From positions 5,002,778 to 5,066,777 of the forward strand of contig NC_134030.1 of the NCBI RefSeq assembly GCF_964204645.1: DNA of 64,000 nucleotides. Reading direction: 5' to 3'. A program made the position numbers and the translations under genes. Shown here piece after piece: positions 15,401 to 33,676 of the stretch. This DNA comes from Tubulanus polymorphus. Taxonomy: Eukaryota > Animalia > Nemertea. Each line of letters begins with the position of its first letter. The stretch's first letter is position 1. The notes beneath the pieces were generated by a model that did no database searches, was not told the DNA's origin, and saw nothing but the letters and a program-made list of their open reading frames with translations.

Positions 15401-18400
15401 ACAAGCAATGAAAACCCGAAGAGACCTTCGATTATAGTTCTCGAGAAATCCTAAGCGCAACAACTCTTGATCCTCTAATATGAAATGACGTTTTATAGAT
15501 ACTGTTAGTAGAAAAGCACTGAACAGTTTTTTCGTTCATGCAAATGAGAAATTGAACAATCAGAAGTAAGAGTTAATACTCCAAACAGGTTCGAGTCCGG
15601 CTGGCTGCTAACAGTGTGCCGCCGACAAGAATTCAAACGCTGTGAACCCATTGTGAGTTAAAATGAACAATCCAGCACGGTTAGTCTTCGGAAACCAAGA
15701 TCTGAACGACGTAAATCAAAATAGAGCAATAAAATAACAAATTGATAACTGATATGAATGAATCAACAAACTTGCAAGAACTCCAACAGCATCAACAAAT
15801 TCAAAGGACATTTCTCAACTCGATGCAAAAACTATGAAACATAAATCAACGATTAGTAAAATTCACAGTCGCTATGCAACAATGCGCACTCATTTGTATG
15901 CAAATGAGCTACTATACAATGTAGCATCCATTGTGACGTATTCTACTATGTACCAGGCTATATAACTCTTGGTTTCCACGGAGACGCATCATTTCAGCAT
16001 CATCTTCAATCTGTGTGTATTTACCTTTACTATCCTCGAACTGTTTCTGATACAGAACCTGTAAAATTATGAATATCTATAGCCATGGCCGACAAGGGTG
16101 GAGTCTATAATCCTTAAAGTCTTGAGATGTACATCTGAAAAGGTTCAGACGTGAGCGTATAGGTGGCGTATGTGTACCTTGCTGGTTTTCTGCGTGTTAT
16201 CGAGTAAACGCTGAATTTCTGGATCGTCCGCGACTGTCGTGAACTGACCTCGTGATTTCTCAAAATCTTTCCGATATTCAACCTGAATTTTCAACGAATA
16301 CGACATTAACATCGGTTCCGATGCATGGGCGGATACTGTCAAAGATCCATCAATATTCTCTATACGTAATGGTATTGATTGATGTGACATGTACAGTATA
16401 TCTTTTAATTGACATGAATTGAAGCAGTGATGAAATGAACTCAAGATTAACAACCAATCATTGTCGCAGCCGAGTCATTGCGATGAACGACAACAAAACA
16501 AACGTTTAACAGCATGTATAAGAATAGCTCAGCTTCTATATTAAACTTGCTGAAAATGTTGCGACAAAATCTTTGATACCAGACGCTCGTACCTCTCGGC
16601 CAACACCAAGCTTTTAGTAACTAACTTCACTCAGGTATCAGTAAAACCACGGCAACAAACAAAGAATGCGAATAAAAAACAATAAAATGGTCTTAAAGAT
16701 TAGTAGAACTCGTGGACCTAGGAATGGTTAGGTCTGACGTAGAAATTCAACTGCATGATGATAAATCGAAAATAGTCAGAAAACTCTTAAAATCAGCTCA
16801 TGCTGACATCATCGATTATTCATAAAATGAACGTCATTAATTAGTAAATATAACTAATTAGCAATCGGCAGGCTGATTACCGTGCTGATTTTCTGTGTGT
16901 TCTCCAGGTGGCGCATCACCTCGGGATCGTCCGCTATCTGCGTATATTTACCCCGAGAATTTTCGAAATCCTTATGATACTGAACCTAACGAAATACAAT
17001 TTCATATTAGTTCATTTGGCAAGCGTAGATAATGGATTTATTTTGTTTGTGGGAAACTCAACCGCAGCAGTTCAGAAATCGATTTTCTCTCATTCGCGAA
17101 CAACTCATCAAAGTTAAACAGTTTTTTTTTCTTCGATTTGAAAGCAGGTTACGTAAAGATGATTCACCTGCGTTTTCAAACTGTTGAAAAAAAATCACCT
17201 GCATATAAATTACAGGAAGCAGACATGCTTTAAATATGTCAAAACACACTTCAATTCCACACATAAAATACAAACTAACCAACTATTTTAAGGAATGTGC
17301 AGGAATCATGGCCAAAAAAGGGAACACGTTTTCTAGAACAGCAAATAATCGCTTCATAAAAGGTTAACCAGTTACCCTTAAGAAACTGCACGCCAGTGAT
17401 CCATCAATCATGGATACTGCTCCGAAGAGGTGTCAATAAGCTAATGATATATAAACGAGGTTGTTTGTGAGTGTTAAGAAGGGTAGTATTCAATACTTCG
17501 GTTTAGTTATTAGAACTCATCACTCGAAGTTACAGGTTTGTAAACCTGGCGTTACTGCAACGAGAGACATTCAAAATAATACGCGCTGCCAAATTTTTTA
17601 AATAGATATTCTATAGAAAACAAATTCATGCCATTACGTCAGACGGCCTTCATGCTATTTGTACCAGACTGATCTGTTGTTGATTTTCGAGAATTCTCTG
17701 TAATTCCGGGCTATCGACCACTGTTATATAGTGGCCTTTCTTCTCTTCGAAATCTTTATGATAATTTATCTACAACACAGAAAACAAATACTTAGACAAA
17801 CCGGAACTTTGTTGATAGAAAAACCCTGATACAGATACACGCAGCATTCGGCCGTCTCTAAATGGGTTTACAGCAACTATCTTCACGTTGAACACTGGAA
17901 CTAAGAAAAAGTAGCTTTTTATCCTTCGAAACAACTTCGGCTGCATACAAAATGATGGTGGTCGGGTTCAGTATTATCATATATCGGTAGAAATGCATAA
18001 AACCTGTTTATATAGACATGAAAGTATTGCAGATATCAGTATAAATGCTGATAACAGGTGTCTATGTTGCTTAGCCGCATAACTTTACAATCAGCCGCCA
18101 GCGCTCTTACCTTCAGTAAGCTATTAAACTCATGACGTTCCTGGTCAAAAATCAGACCACTTACGAGCGCGATACATGGCAAAATCTTATTGCACTCGAT
18201 AAATATGTTAAAAAGTATCGATTTAAGCATCTCCGGGGTTTAACAATTGTAAACTACATGTTTTCATTTTCATATAATCACTTCATGCAAAACTCTATTC
18301 ATCAAGTAAAGAGACGAATCTCGATGAAGGAAGGTTTCTAAAAGCCAGGGAATTTTCACACCACCTATCAAATGTCTGTTGCATGCGACATGCTGAAAAT

Positions 18401-21400
18401 CTGAAGAGAATTTCATTGAGATTATTCTGGGTTGTATTAGTAGTAATAAAATAGACATCATCGCATCATTTTATCAGTGGTTAGTAAATCATTGGTCTCG
18501 ATTAATTTTAACAATCGGTCAATATTTTGAAACAGATGTCAATTTAATGAAAGTAAGAAATACTTCATTAAACGTTGCTTTAGTTACAAACTTAAACCAT
18601 GATCAAATTGAATTAATTCAAGTCGTTAAATTGACATCCGCCATCACCTAATAATAGATATCGGGATTTGTAGCAGTCAGAAAGCGAGAACTTTTTCCGG
18701 AAGTCTAAAACGAGTTTATATATAAAGACGCAGTTCTTTATATATTTCAGTAGAAATTTCCTGAGATGACAGAACGTTTTCAGCACTTTCAGGATTTTAC
18801 CCGAAAATTTAACACTAATCGGGGCCTATCCTAAATGTGTGCATGTATGTAAGCACTTTGTCGGACTCGCTACAAACCCTGGGTTCACATCGTCTTTCAT
18901 CTTGTGTAATAAAAATATAAAGAAAACCCGGATACATTCTCGACAAAAACGGATAAACTATATACCAGACTGACGCGTTCTTGATTCTGCAACAATCGAG
19001 TCATTTCGACATCAGCCGCAACGGGCGTGTACTGTCCGCGAGCATCCTCGAACGCTTTGTGATACGTAACCTAGCAACACGATACAATTAATAAAACCGA
19101 TAGTCGACAGATATAAACACGTCGTTCTTCTACGTTATAAAACCCTATCAATAAACATCGATGACGCTCGATATAAAACAATCAAACGAATACCGGATTT
19201 TTCCACCTGACAAATTAATTACCGGGGGTTGTAAATAGTTGAGACTATGTATTTCCAATCTCGATGACTATCATTGAGAGAAACAAACAATCTCAATTCA
19301 AACAACTGTTATTGTTTTTACTTACGTTTCGGGTGGAATCCTTCCACCCTTCGTCAGAGTAGTTTATCTGAAAATTAACTCTGAGTCGAAGATGGGTGGA
19401 AAGAATCCACCATAAGAATTGATATTGTGGGTTTTTTGCAATGATATAACTACGGGGGATATTTGAAAAAAATAGCACCCACAATAAGCTTCAAACAATC
19501 AGAGACAAGGAAACTATCATTGACGCATTCAGGATTTCATTTTTTTGTTGCACTAGAAAAGAGGAAGCACTTTAAACATCTATTATGTTTACGTCATATG
19601 ACATATTTTTTCCATAAGGTTACAAATTGTAGGTTATGATATCCTGGTTGAAAACAATGTACACAATAAACTGTGATCATTCATTCTGCCCTCAATCAGC
19701 GAGATCAACATGTCTTACATGTTATATACGTGTAGTGTATCGATCGTTAGTAGGTTTATACACACAGTAATATGAAGTAATTCAGCGGCTGTATTTGGGA
19801 GGAGTCATTCCATCGAATGTTTAACATACACCTGTTATAACCGCGTAACAATTTAATGCTGAATTTAGCTTCGAGCGACGATCAATAAAACGGTACCGAT
19901 ATCTAAATATCGATATCGAATCAACCTCGATGAGGATCTTTAATAAGTCGGAACGCATCCTATCTATCTGCGTCTGAGACTGGTGAACGCAGTGATAGCT
20001 GAACAGACGAATATCCCAAATCTTCTAAATGTGACAAAAAATAATCTTATCAGGCTTTTGGTTGAAATAACAGTCACCAGCAGGTATACCAGCATCAGTG
20101 ATTACCGGTAACATCAGGGATTTCAGATTTTGGCAGTATAGTTCGAAGAGTTGCCTAGTACCAAGACGAAATACCCAATTTATCATTTTCAGAAAAGCCT
20201 GGCATCAGGCGGGGGTAATGGTTTGTAGGCCTGTTGGATTTATATCGGGGGTTGACTGTACCCTATAGTCTACCAGGTATAATCTCGACATTTCTTGTAA
20301 AATATCAGACCCTGAAAAAGATTGATTTGTAGAATCTGTCGGTAAGTTGTTGATCCGTGAGTGGAAATTTTACAAACCTGACTTTGATTTCGCGTATTTT
20401 CAGCTATACGTTTGTTTTCCGGGGTGTCGGCGACGGATGTGAATTTTGTCGTTGGATAATGTCTGAAACAAAACGAAGGAAAACCATAAATCTTTTCAAT
20501 CAAAGGACGCATGCGTTATTGTTATACATACTGAGCTGTTAATGACTTTCCAGGATTGTAATGCAACTTATGTTCATCCACGTGGAAATAAGCGGAAGAA
20601 AACAGATTGCTGAAGAGATTATTATTATTACAAACAGAAGTTTTGAAATTACTCATGATAAAGGCTGTAGACGTTTGTGCATATTTATAGAGTGAATAAC
20701 ATGTGCTAGATATAAACCCCCTTCCTCAGACCCAACAGCTTTCACTCCCTCGAAACCCAGCAGTATCCCGTCTCTCAAACCCGCACCAGCATCCTTTACT
20801 TCTTCCACCCTACATCAGAGATCTATGATTCACCATTGACTGAGTTTTCAATAATTTTTAACGAGGAAAAATAATGAACTGAACGCGAACCAGGATACGA
20901 TACTTTGAGAATCCGTAGCAATAGGCTATACACTGTACTTACACTTGACAATAGGGCCGTTTTTCATAACCTTTATAGTTCTTCATGTTCAACGTCATAT
21001 CACATACTGCACATTTGAAACATGTCTTGTGCCAAAACTGTAATGAAAACCAATTTCATGAAATTGCATTGTATAATTCAGTTTTTGAAAGAATTTGATA
21101 TGTCTAAGGGAAATGTTTTAGGATTCATATATCTGACTGAGCAGCTTGGCCAGATAATTTGGAAAAGTGTCAAGGTACTCGTTTCTGTGTGGGAGAGCAA
21201 GACGAGAAGATACACAATATCCGTGTATGATGAATTGTAGGATTTCACTTGTTAAGTTCATGATATTTGAAATATACTACAATCAAACTCATCATTATTA
21301 TAGTTTGGATGATCATTTATGTTAACTACTTTAACTTAGTAAATTCTAATGGAAATACAAATAAGTACACGAAAAAATATTGATGACCAAAGCAATGTGA

Positions 21401-22438
21401 TGAATTATCTGATGATGATTTAAGTGAGTTTGACTGTAGGTGAATATTCAATACCGGTCCCGAATAGGGAAGCAGAAATGAGAAACTGTAGCACACCTTC
21501 GAATAATATTAATAACGCCATTGATCTAGCCAGAAGGCAGAAAATACAAATTGGCAAAATGTCAGACGCAATATATGGAGATAAAGATCCAGGTTAAATC
21601 AATAATGACAATACAACAGTAAAACATATCACAACTAGCGCTGTTATAACTACCAAATAATTAGCAAAATTGACAGCTAGCTACGCTCAGTGTCTAAACC
21701 GCTTTTAGCATATACCAATAACAAACAATCAGTGTCAATAAAATATCTTAGAATAGGTCTCTAGGATACACAGACCTAGACAACATCAAGAAGCACACCA
21801 CGGTTAGGTGTACTGTAAGATAGAAGCTTTCAAAATGTGTAATGGATAAACTTATGTTAACAGTTCACCGGAATGTACAGCTTAGTGTGAATACCAGACC
21901 ATTGTCTCCTCTTAAAAATTGATCTAGTTACAAATCAGCGATGATGTCTTCACGCAGTTCATATTCAAACTAATTATGTAATAAATAGGTCCATCTCTCT
22001 AGGCCTATATATGATTCAAGCCATTGTAAAGCAAACAGAGCTTCAAACTAAATTTTATAATAACCTAATAATGTATCTACATAGTTTTACTCTGTAATTG
22101 ATATAATTGGTAAAAACCTTGCTGGCTGGGATGTTATTTGTTCGATGATTACACATTATCACTGTCCATGTTTATTGATTGACATGACAAACATAACAGA
22201 CAAATCACACACTATCAAAAAATTACACCAAGATCACCGGCACGCTGCCTTATAACTTTCATAGTTCTAATGTTCAATACAAAATGGTAAGTCAAACAAG
22301 CAGGTAATAAATAATAGAGTGGATATTTGAATTGATTGATTTTGAATTTGTGATACACACCTGGTCCAAGCATTTTAAAAGTTCCATCGGATAGACGCTT
22401 TTATCGCATTTTGAGCACTTTTTCACGCCCGAACTCAT
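6459..22438 (-). CDS. LASP1: LIM, nebulin-repeat and SH3 domain protein (LASP/nebulette family), about 696 aa if all exons are included
   Basis: LIM exons: 22361-22438 ([26 protein letters not shown]), 20943-21037 ([14 protein letters not shown]), 20378-20462 ([16 protein letters not shown]). Nine 105-nt nebulin exons between 19070 and 12758. Then 10981-11155, 9971-10009, 8868-9062 (PGSIFDRDP), 8285-8424, 7957-8058, 7309-7368, and the SH3 exon 6459-6635 ([30 protein letters not shown]). All introns are GT-AG and phases are consistent. Confidence 0.93.
12758..19070 (-). repeat. Array of nine 105-nt, phase-0 nebulin-repeat exons
   Basis: Exons at 18966-19070, 17665-17769, 16881-16985, 16178-16282, 15954-16058, 15236-15340, 14294-14398, 13782-13886 and 12758-12862. 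Each encodes 35 aa resembling VxYHKDFExSRGKYTxVADDPExxRxxxNxxxISx. Confidence 0.92.
13354..13676. mobile_element. MITE with imperfect ~29-bp terminal inverted repeats
   Basis: Ends read gcagtgatcacacggagatgatttggccc ... gggccaaaaccacttgtgtgatcgttgc. No coding capacity. Confidence 0.6.
19319..19361 (-). ncRNA. Minimal type I hammerhead ribozyme motif in a Penelope-like fragment
   Basis: The minus strand reads UACU-CUGACGA-A-GGGUGGAA(GGA)UUCCACCC-GAAAC-GUA-AGUA. This gives the conserved core, an 8-bp stem II, a 4-bp stem I and a vestigial palindromic stem III. Confidence 0.78.
21278..21438. mobile_element. Tc1/mariner-pogo-type MITE
   Basis: Ends read TA-caatcaaactca ... tgagtttgactg-TA. Similar termini occur near 3477-3637 and 6798-6960. 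Confidence 0.55.
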
Positions 22439-22978
22439 GATTCAATCCCAGTTTATATCACAAACGGATAGATAAATCCACGGTAAACACTGGTACGGAT
22501 GTAAATTGCGTTAAATACGTGCTCCAGTACACGGAATATTCGCTTCCTGATACAAAAACTGACTGGGAACACCTAGTTGATACTAAATCGCGGACTCAAT
22601 ACCGGCCTGTTGAAAAGAGTAATCAATATAGATTCCATTACAAAGATATAAAATTGCTTTAGATTACTTTTATACGTGTTTAAATTATTTTTTCATATCT
22701 CTATAATTCTTTAAATGTATCTTTCCTATTCTATTAACATTAAACCATATCGACGGTTCATGAGATGACCTTACTTTTGGGGGAATTCCCACTTTAGTGA
22801 AATGGCCCGCTTTCAGACTTGTGTAGTTTTAGCGTTCGAAAGGAGTGCAATATTGTTTTGTTGGAATCGTTTTAATATAGTTTGGAAAAATGGTCTAGAA
22901 TACTGAACGAATAAACTTTTTCTGGTATTCGGTTATGCAGAATGAATTAACTTCGTATTCTCCTAACCTAATTTCTCC

Positions 22979-23033
22979 ACTTCCGGGGTTTCCTCAAACA
23001 ATCCCACAATGCAATTCACGATTACTTCCTCTT
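22979..23033 (+). promoter_or_regulatory. RPL23 core promoter and 5'TOP tract within the LASP/RPL23 divergent region
   Basis: ETS/GABP-like ACTTCCGG at 22979, ZNF143/Staf-like TCCCACAATGCA at 23002, and pyrimidine tract CTTCCTCTT at 23025-23033, 11 nt before the ATG. This arrangement is typical of ribosomal protein genes. Confidence 0.6.
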
Positions 23034-23044
23034 AAAATCTCAAC

Positions 23045-24916
<1,872 letters not shown>

Positions 24917-25637
24917 TATAACTTGTAAAAAATAAACATCATTATAAGTGGAAAAATTTCGTTTATTTCTCATTTATTTTGTTGTTGGTGAAAGGTATAC
25001 TGGTTGATGATCTCTGCGATAATCCATTCATCACGGAACACGAGGATTTGTGGCACACTCCAAACAATTAGGAATAGTTTGACCTTGGACTCAAATTTCA
25101 AATTCTAGTGTGGTGGATTTAAACTCTACTTCAAAATCAGGAATTTACATTACTTGCTGGTGATGAGTGGCACAAGGAACCTCATAAGAAACGGTCTCCA
25201 CTGAGGTTAACGATACAATGAGGGAATGCTTTGGTCTAAAGACTATCCAGGACACAGTTGTGAGTTAGAGTTAACTCTTGAGTTAGTTCAATTTCAGTGA
25301 GTTAACTCCCGAGTCAAATCTTAACTGGAACTGGGCCCAAAGATTTATGGATCCCTGATGGGTAAGAACACTAATTATAAACATGGATGAACCTTGAGAA
25401 AAATATCACAAGACTTAAGGATTTCATTTCTAAAACACTCATTTATTAACAGATATCACAGATAATCGTTATTTTAGCCTAGATCATACAAGCGCCTGGT
25501 TTTAATATACAAAACATGTTGATTTAACGCATCAATATTTAGAGTGGAGGAATTTTCCTTTTCCCTATATCACAATATTTACAAATAAATAAAGACATTT
25601 TCACTGAGATAAGTGCCTTAATGTTCATGAAAAATGA

Positions 25638-25719
25638 ATCTGAACTTATATTTCATCAAGATCAGACGTGTCCCGTTTTTATGGACTTGGCCCCTGATCT
25701 ATCATTAACTTGTTCAATA
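25638..25719 (-). promoter_or_regulatory. SECIS element (type II) in the SELENOO 3'UTR
   Basis: Minus strand: helix I UUGAAC/GUUCAG; core AUGAU (AUGA at 25705-25702) pairing with UGAU; helix II AGAUCAGG/UCUGAUCU; apical CCAA bulge; mini-stem GUCC/GGAC. It lies about 320 nt after the stop codon and before AATAAA at 25447-25442. Confidence 0.9.
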
Positions 25720-26036
25720 TAGATATAAAACAAATCAAATATTCAACGACATAGGAGGATGACATTTCAACAGAGTTATATCTACATTGATTTTCAAGAC
25801 AAGTTCAGCTTCACCAAACGCAAACTGAAAACCCTCATTGACTTAGTAGTTTAAGGGATTCACTCAATATTCACATTTTCCTGCTTTTCTATCTTTCAAG
25901 CATAAGATAAGACAACCAACTACCATAACTCTACAATCAAGCAAGGGATTCAGTTCGCTAGAGTTAATTCCATCCGCGCTGCTTTAGTTCAAACAGTATT
26001 CAAAGATAAATCTTGGAAAACTGGATCTAACGCAGC

Positions 26037-29658
<3,622 letters not shown>

Positions 29659-29821
29659 CTGAAAAAAAAAAAATGCAACACGAACAGTGAGTGATAGAGC
29701 ACTGTGATGAATAGAGCACAATTTTTGAAAATAACCTGTTTACTTTTGTTTTGTTTCATATCTGATTATGTTTTCTTTTCTATTCTATAATTATAATCTG
29801 TATGAATTATATGCTCCCTTT

Positions 29822-29926
29822 TAGGTCTAACTGCAGTTTGGGTCACCTATCCACTGGGTGGCGTTGTGTTATGGTAAGGTTAGGAACATAACCATTTATA
29901 GGGACACCTAAACTGCAGTCATACCC
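29822..29926. mobile_element. Small inverted-repeat element (MITE)
   Basis: Ends read aggtctaactgcagtttgggtcacctat ... atagggacacctaaactgcagtcatacc. Confidence 0.55.
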
Positions 29927-30572
29927 TTTCTTATTCTAAAATTGTGGCTTTATTGAAATTGTAATAATATGTAATTTCGGGGTCTGGGACGACTGTGTGT
30001 GAATTTGTTGACTGTTGTTGTGCACCGAACATTACTACAGCCTAACCATAGGCTAGCGGTTTTATGAATAATCGAGGCGGCCTTAGTCCTTCTTCTAGTC
30101 TAAATCAATTCAACTGTCTGTCTTACCAACGAAGTATGATTCGTGTTAAGCTCTCTCCGTATGCAATCGGCATAAAGTTTTTTGCAAATAACGCAATTTA
30201 TTTAATTGATCTTGACTTGATGAGCCTCCACGCAATTCGCGAGACTCAGACACAATGGCTGTATTACCGAAATTGGCTGTCGAATAGCTGTGTCTCAGCC
30301 CGTAGAGTTTCAGCCCCTAGATATTACATTGAAGGTGAACATGTGAACTTATGCTAAGGCTGATACCATAATAATTATTACTTTATTGTATTTCCAATGA
30401 TGTTTTGTTACATGCAAGGCTCAATAAATTCATTTGAATTTGATATTCCTAATCGTGGCATGCGAGTTAAACGTTAGTTCACATATTCGCCGTTAATGTT
30501 TTACATAGGGGCAGCACGTGACGGTAGATTCGCCATCTAGTGTCACTGATTGAAGAAACAGTATTGTTTCTA

Positions 30573-31543
30573 ATGACGCTTTTGAGGAAGTCAGTAGGTT
30601 TACTAACGTCATACAGAACTGGTTGCATCGTCGAACAGCTGTTCATAACACCTTCACTCCTCAATCGTCGGTCATACGCAGTAAAAAAGAAAATGGTACA
30701 TTTTGATTTTACTGTGAAATTTTGTATATATATGGATGGTCGATGGTGTATTCCGTGTGTGTGTGTGGCCGTGGGGCCTTTCAAAGCAAACACCTTCAGT
30801 TTTGCATTGAAATATCTTTTTCTGATGATTTTTCATTTTCTTTAGCCACGTTTATCAGAAGACGAAAGGAAAACCCAATTGGAACCTTTAAAAACTGCTG
30901 GATGGACGATGGTCGAAGGGCGCGACGCTATCTACAAAGAATTCCTATTCAAAAACTTTAATGAGGCAAGTTTGAACTTGTTCCATTTTACATTTGTACT
31001 TTTCAAAATCGATACACTATACATTAACATATCCATCCACCACACCAGGCTGTAAAACTTCACACAATAAAAAATTCATGTATGAATTATTGAACTGAGA
31101 TTTTGGGATCAAACTTAATTGGTTATTTAATCAGTCTATTTCTATTCTGCAGGCATTTGGATTCATGACACGTGTTGCCTTATTAGCTGAAAAAATGGAC
31201 CACCATCCAGAATGGTTCAATGTCTACAACAAGGTAAATATCAGGGTTCTTACAGATCAGGGAATACAGATTGAATATTCTACTCTATGGAAAATCAGAT
31301 AGCTCTGGCTATTTTCTTGAAAATCAGGGAATTCGAACTTTTGATGTGTTTCTTGGGAGTATGAGAACATTTTTGATGCACTCAATAAAATGAACAGGCC
31401 TACCCTAGCTATGCAATGTCATAAATAATTGTATTTTGGTAAAATTTCAGGTTCAAGTAACACTGAGTACGCATGATGTAGATGGCCTATCGGAAAAAGA
31501 TGTCAAAGTCGCAAATTTCATGGAAAAAGCAAAATCCGGTTAA
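30573..31543 (+). CDS. PCBD2: Pterin-4-alpha-carbinolamine dehydratase (PCD/DCoH) with an N-terminal extension
   Basis: Exons 30573-30695, 30846-30965 ([24 protein letters not shown] donor), 31153-31233 ([27 protein letters not shown]) and 31451-31543 ([17 protein letters not shown]...). AATAAA at about 31774. One-to-one orthology to PCBD1 versus PCBD2 cannot be settled here. Confidence 0.92.
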
Positions 31544-33676
31544 AAGGAGCGTGGAACCTACATGTATTAGTCATCATGTTAGCTCTATTCGGTGTGCTAT
31601 GAGATTTCTGAGGTGTTTTTTGTACCATTTATGAAATAGAGATAAGATATGAATCAGTACAATAATGCTACTACCACTGCACGATTTGCTGTTTGATTCC
31701 CATAGAAAATTATAGCAAATATAGTTGTATTGATTTTTCTCTGTTTAAAGGAAAGTAGTCATTTTGATTGAAAATAAATATATTATTTTTATGAGCAAGA
31801 AATGAATATTTATTTCATTTATGGAGGATTTTGTCGCTTGAACAATGAAACTTTCAAGTGGTCATCTGATGTTTCATTCTCTACACGAAAGATATGGAAG
31901 TTATGCAGTTCAAATACAGCATAAGCTTTAACTTCTTGACAGTAGAAACTATCTTATCACTGGATAAACATATCTCGACAGCGATGCAAACATAGATAAT
32001 GATCAGCACAGTGCCTGGACTTGTTTATCAAATTCGAATCCATTTTCTATCATTTCAATTATGTAATTGAAATTTTATATGGTTTATTTCATAAAAATTT
32101 GGAAAACGTTTGGAGTGAATAGTTTGGTATAAAAACAGGTACCACTGCAAACAACTGATACATATTGAAATACATATGCTAGTGTATAGCCCTGTATATA
32201 GAGGTGTTCCAGGTGTTAGTAAGCTATAGTATTGTAGATAATGCTGTTATCGATATCTCAAACCCAAGACAATAATCTTCACCTGGCACATTAGCGTTTG
32301 TAATATATGTATTAACCACATATCTTACTATGACTAAATCCATGTAAAAAGTTACTGCAGCTGGTCCTCCTCTGAATCTTCATTAAACATCTGTTTGAAC
32401 TATGTCTAGACCTCAAGATATGTACCTTTTTCTTGTCAGTGAAAAGTACTCCTTTTTAATAAAGATATACACAGATGTATAACTACATTATAAGTATATT
32501 TCTGAAATAAACTGTGTAGATTGTACAGGAAAACATTTTACAACCTTATTGATTAATCATTTGGACGGCATATTATTGAATTTGAGTTACAATGCATGAA
32601 CACACATTACAACATTATACTCAATTCTATGATAAAATACATAAATTCTGTGAAAAAAAAAAACAATCAAAGGCAAATATACAATAAATACATTTACAAT
32701 CCACAAAAGTGCAGTATGAATGAAAGATCTTCCAATACATATCTTTGTTTCTATATTAATTTCATTTGGCTATTTATACGATAGTTTGTGATTTGCGAGG
32801 AGACGAGCGAAGCAAGGATCAATGCAGAGTTTATCCTTCATTTGACAATAGAATGAATAGAAAAAGATTTGTTAACACATATAAGTGGTGGAAACACGGA
32901 TAGTCTGCGACGTGTAATACTGTGTTTCCAGCATTTTGCAATAGTTTGGATAGATTTGCATGCGTTAAAGCAGATGAACAGTTTTCTTGACCGGAACTAT
33001 CCATATATATATATATATATATATATGCACAAAGCAGAGACACGTAGGATAGTTTGTGAATTGCACAAGCATATGAAGCGGATTTGAAAAAGTCGCCATT
33101 ATTTTCAGTAGATCAGAGCGAATATCTCGATACGCGCGAAGCATAGACACATAGAATAGTTCGTGCATTGCTTAAGCAGCAAGTTTTTACATTTTCATCC
33201 ATTTCTTGAAAAAGTCTCGGATGGTTTTTGTCATCAATGCTGAAAGTAGCGTTCAAGCGAAGGTCGCAAAAGGTCACAAGCAGTAAGTAAGCTATAGATT
33301 ATAAGAACAGCTATAGAGAGCGGTAGAGCCGTGTATGAAGATTTTAAACATTTTACGATTACAAATGCATCCATCTAAAACTGGCTTTAAAACTAAAATA
33401 CGACGATGTACGGTATAAAATATATCACAGTTTGAATCGTATATATACACATATATCCTCTGCCAACATGGCTGTCTAGATTAGTTTTCAGGAATTCGCA
33501 AATATCTTCGTTACACAACCGTTTAAACGATATCACAGCCATTCAAATGTATACAACAATATAACAATATATACACAATAGCGTGAGATGTGATACAACA
33601 GTTCTGTACAAATATATTTACATTTGCGGAAATTATCGAAGCCGGTTTTAAAACGATAATCTACAGATTATTGGAA

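Noticed and set aside
15588-15720. B-box-like GGTTCGAGTCC
   Set aside because: No cloverleaf or A box. At most a SINE remnant, not a tRNA.
25159-25204. GTGATGA...CTGA downstream of RPL23
   Set aside because: Too short, intergenic, no terminal stem and no guide match.
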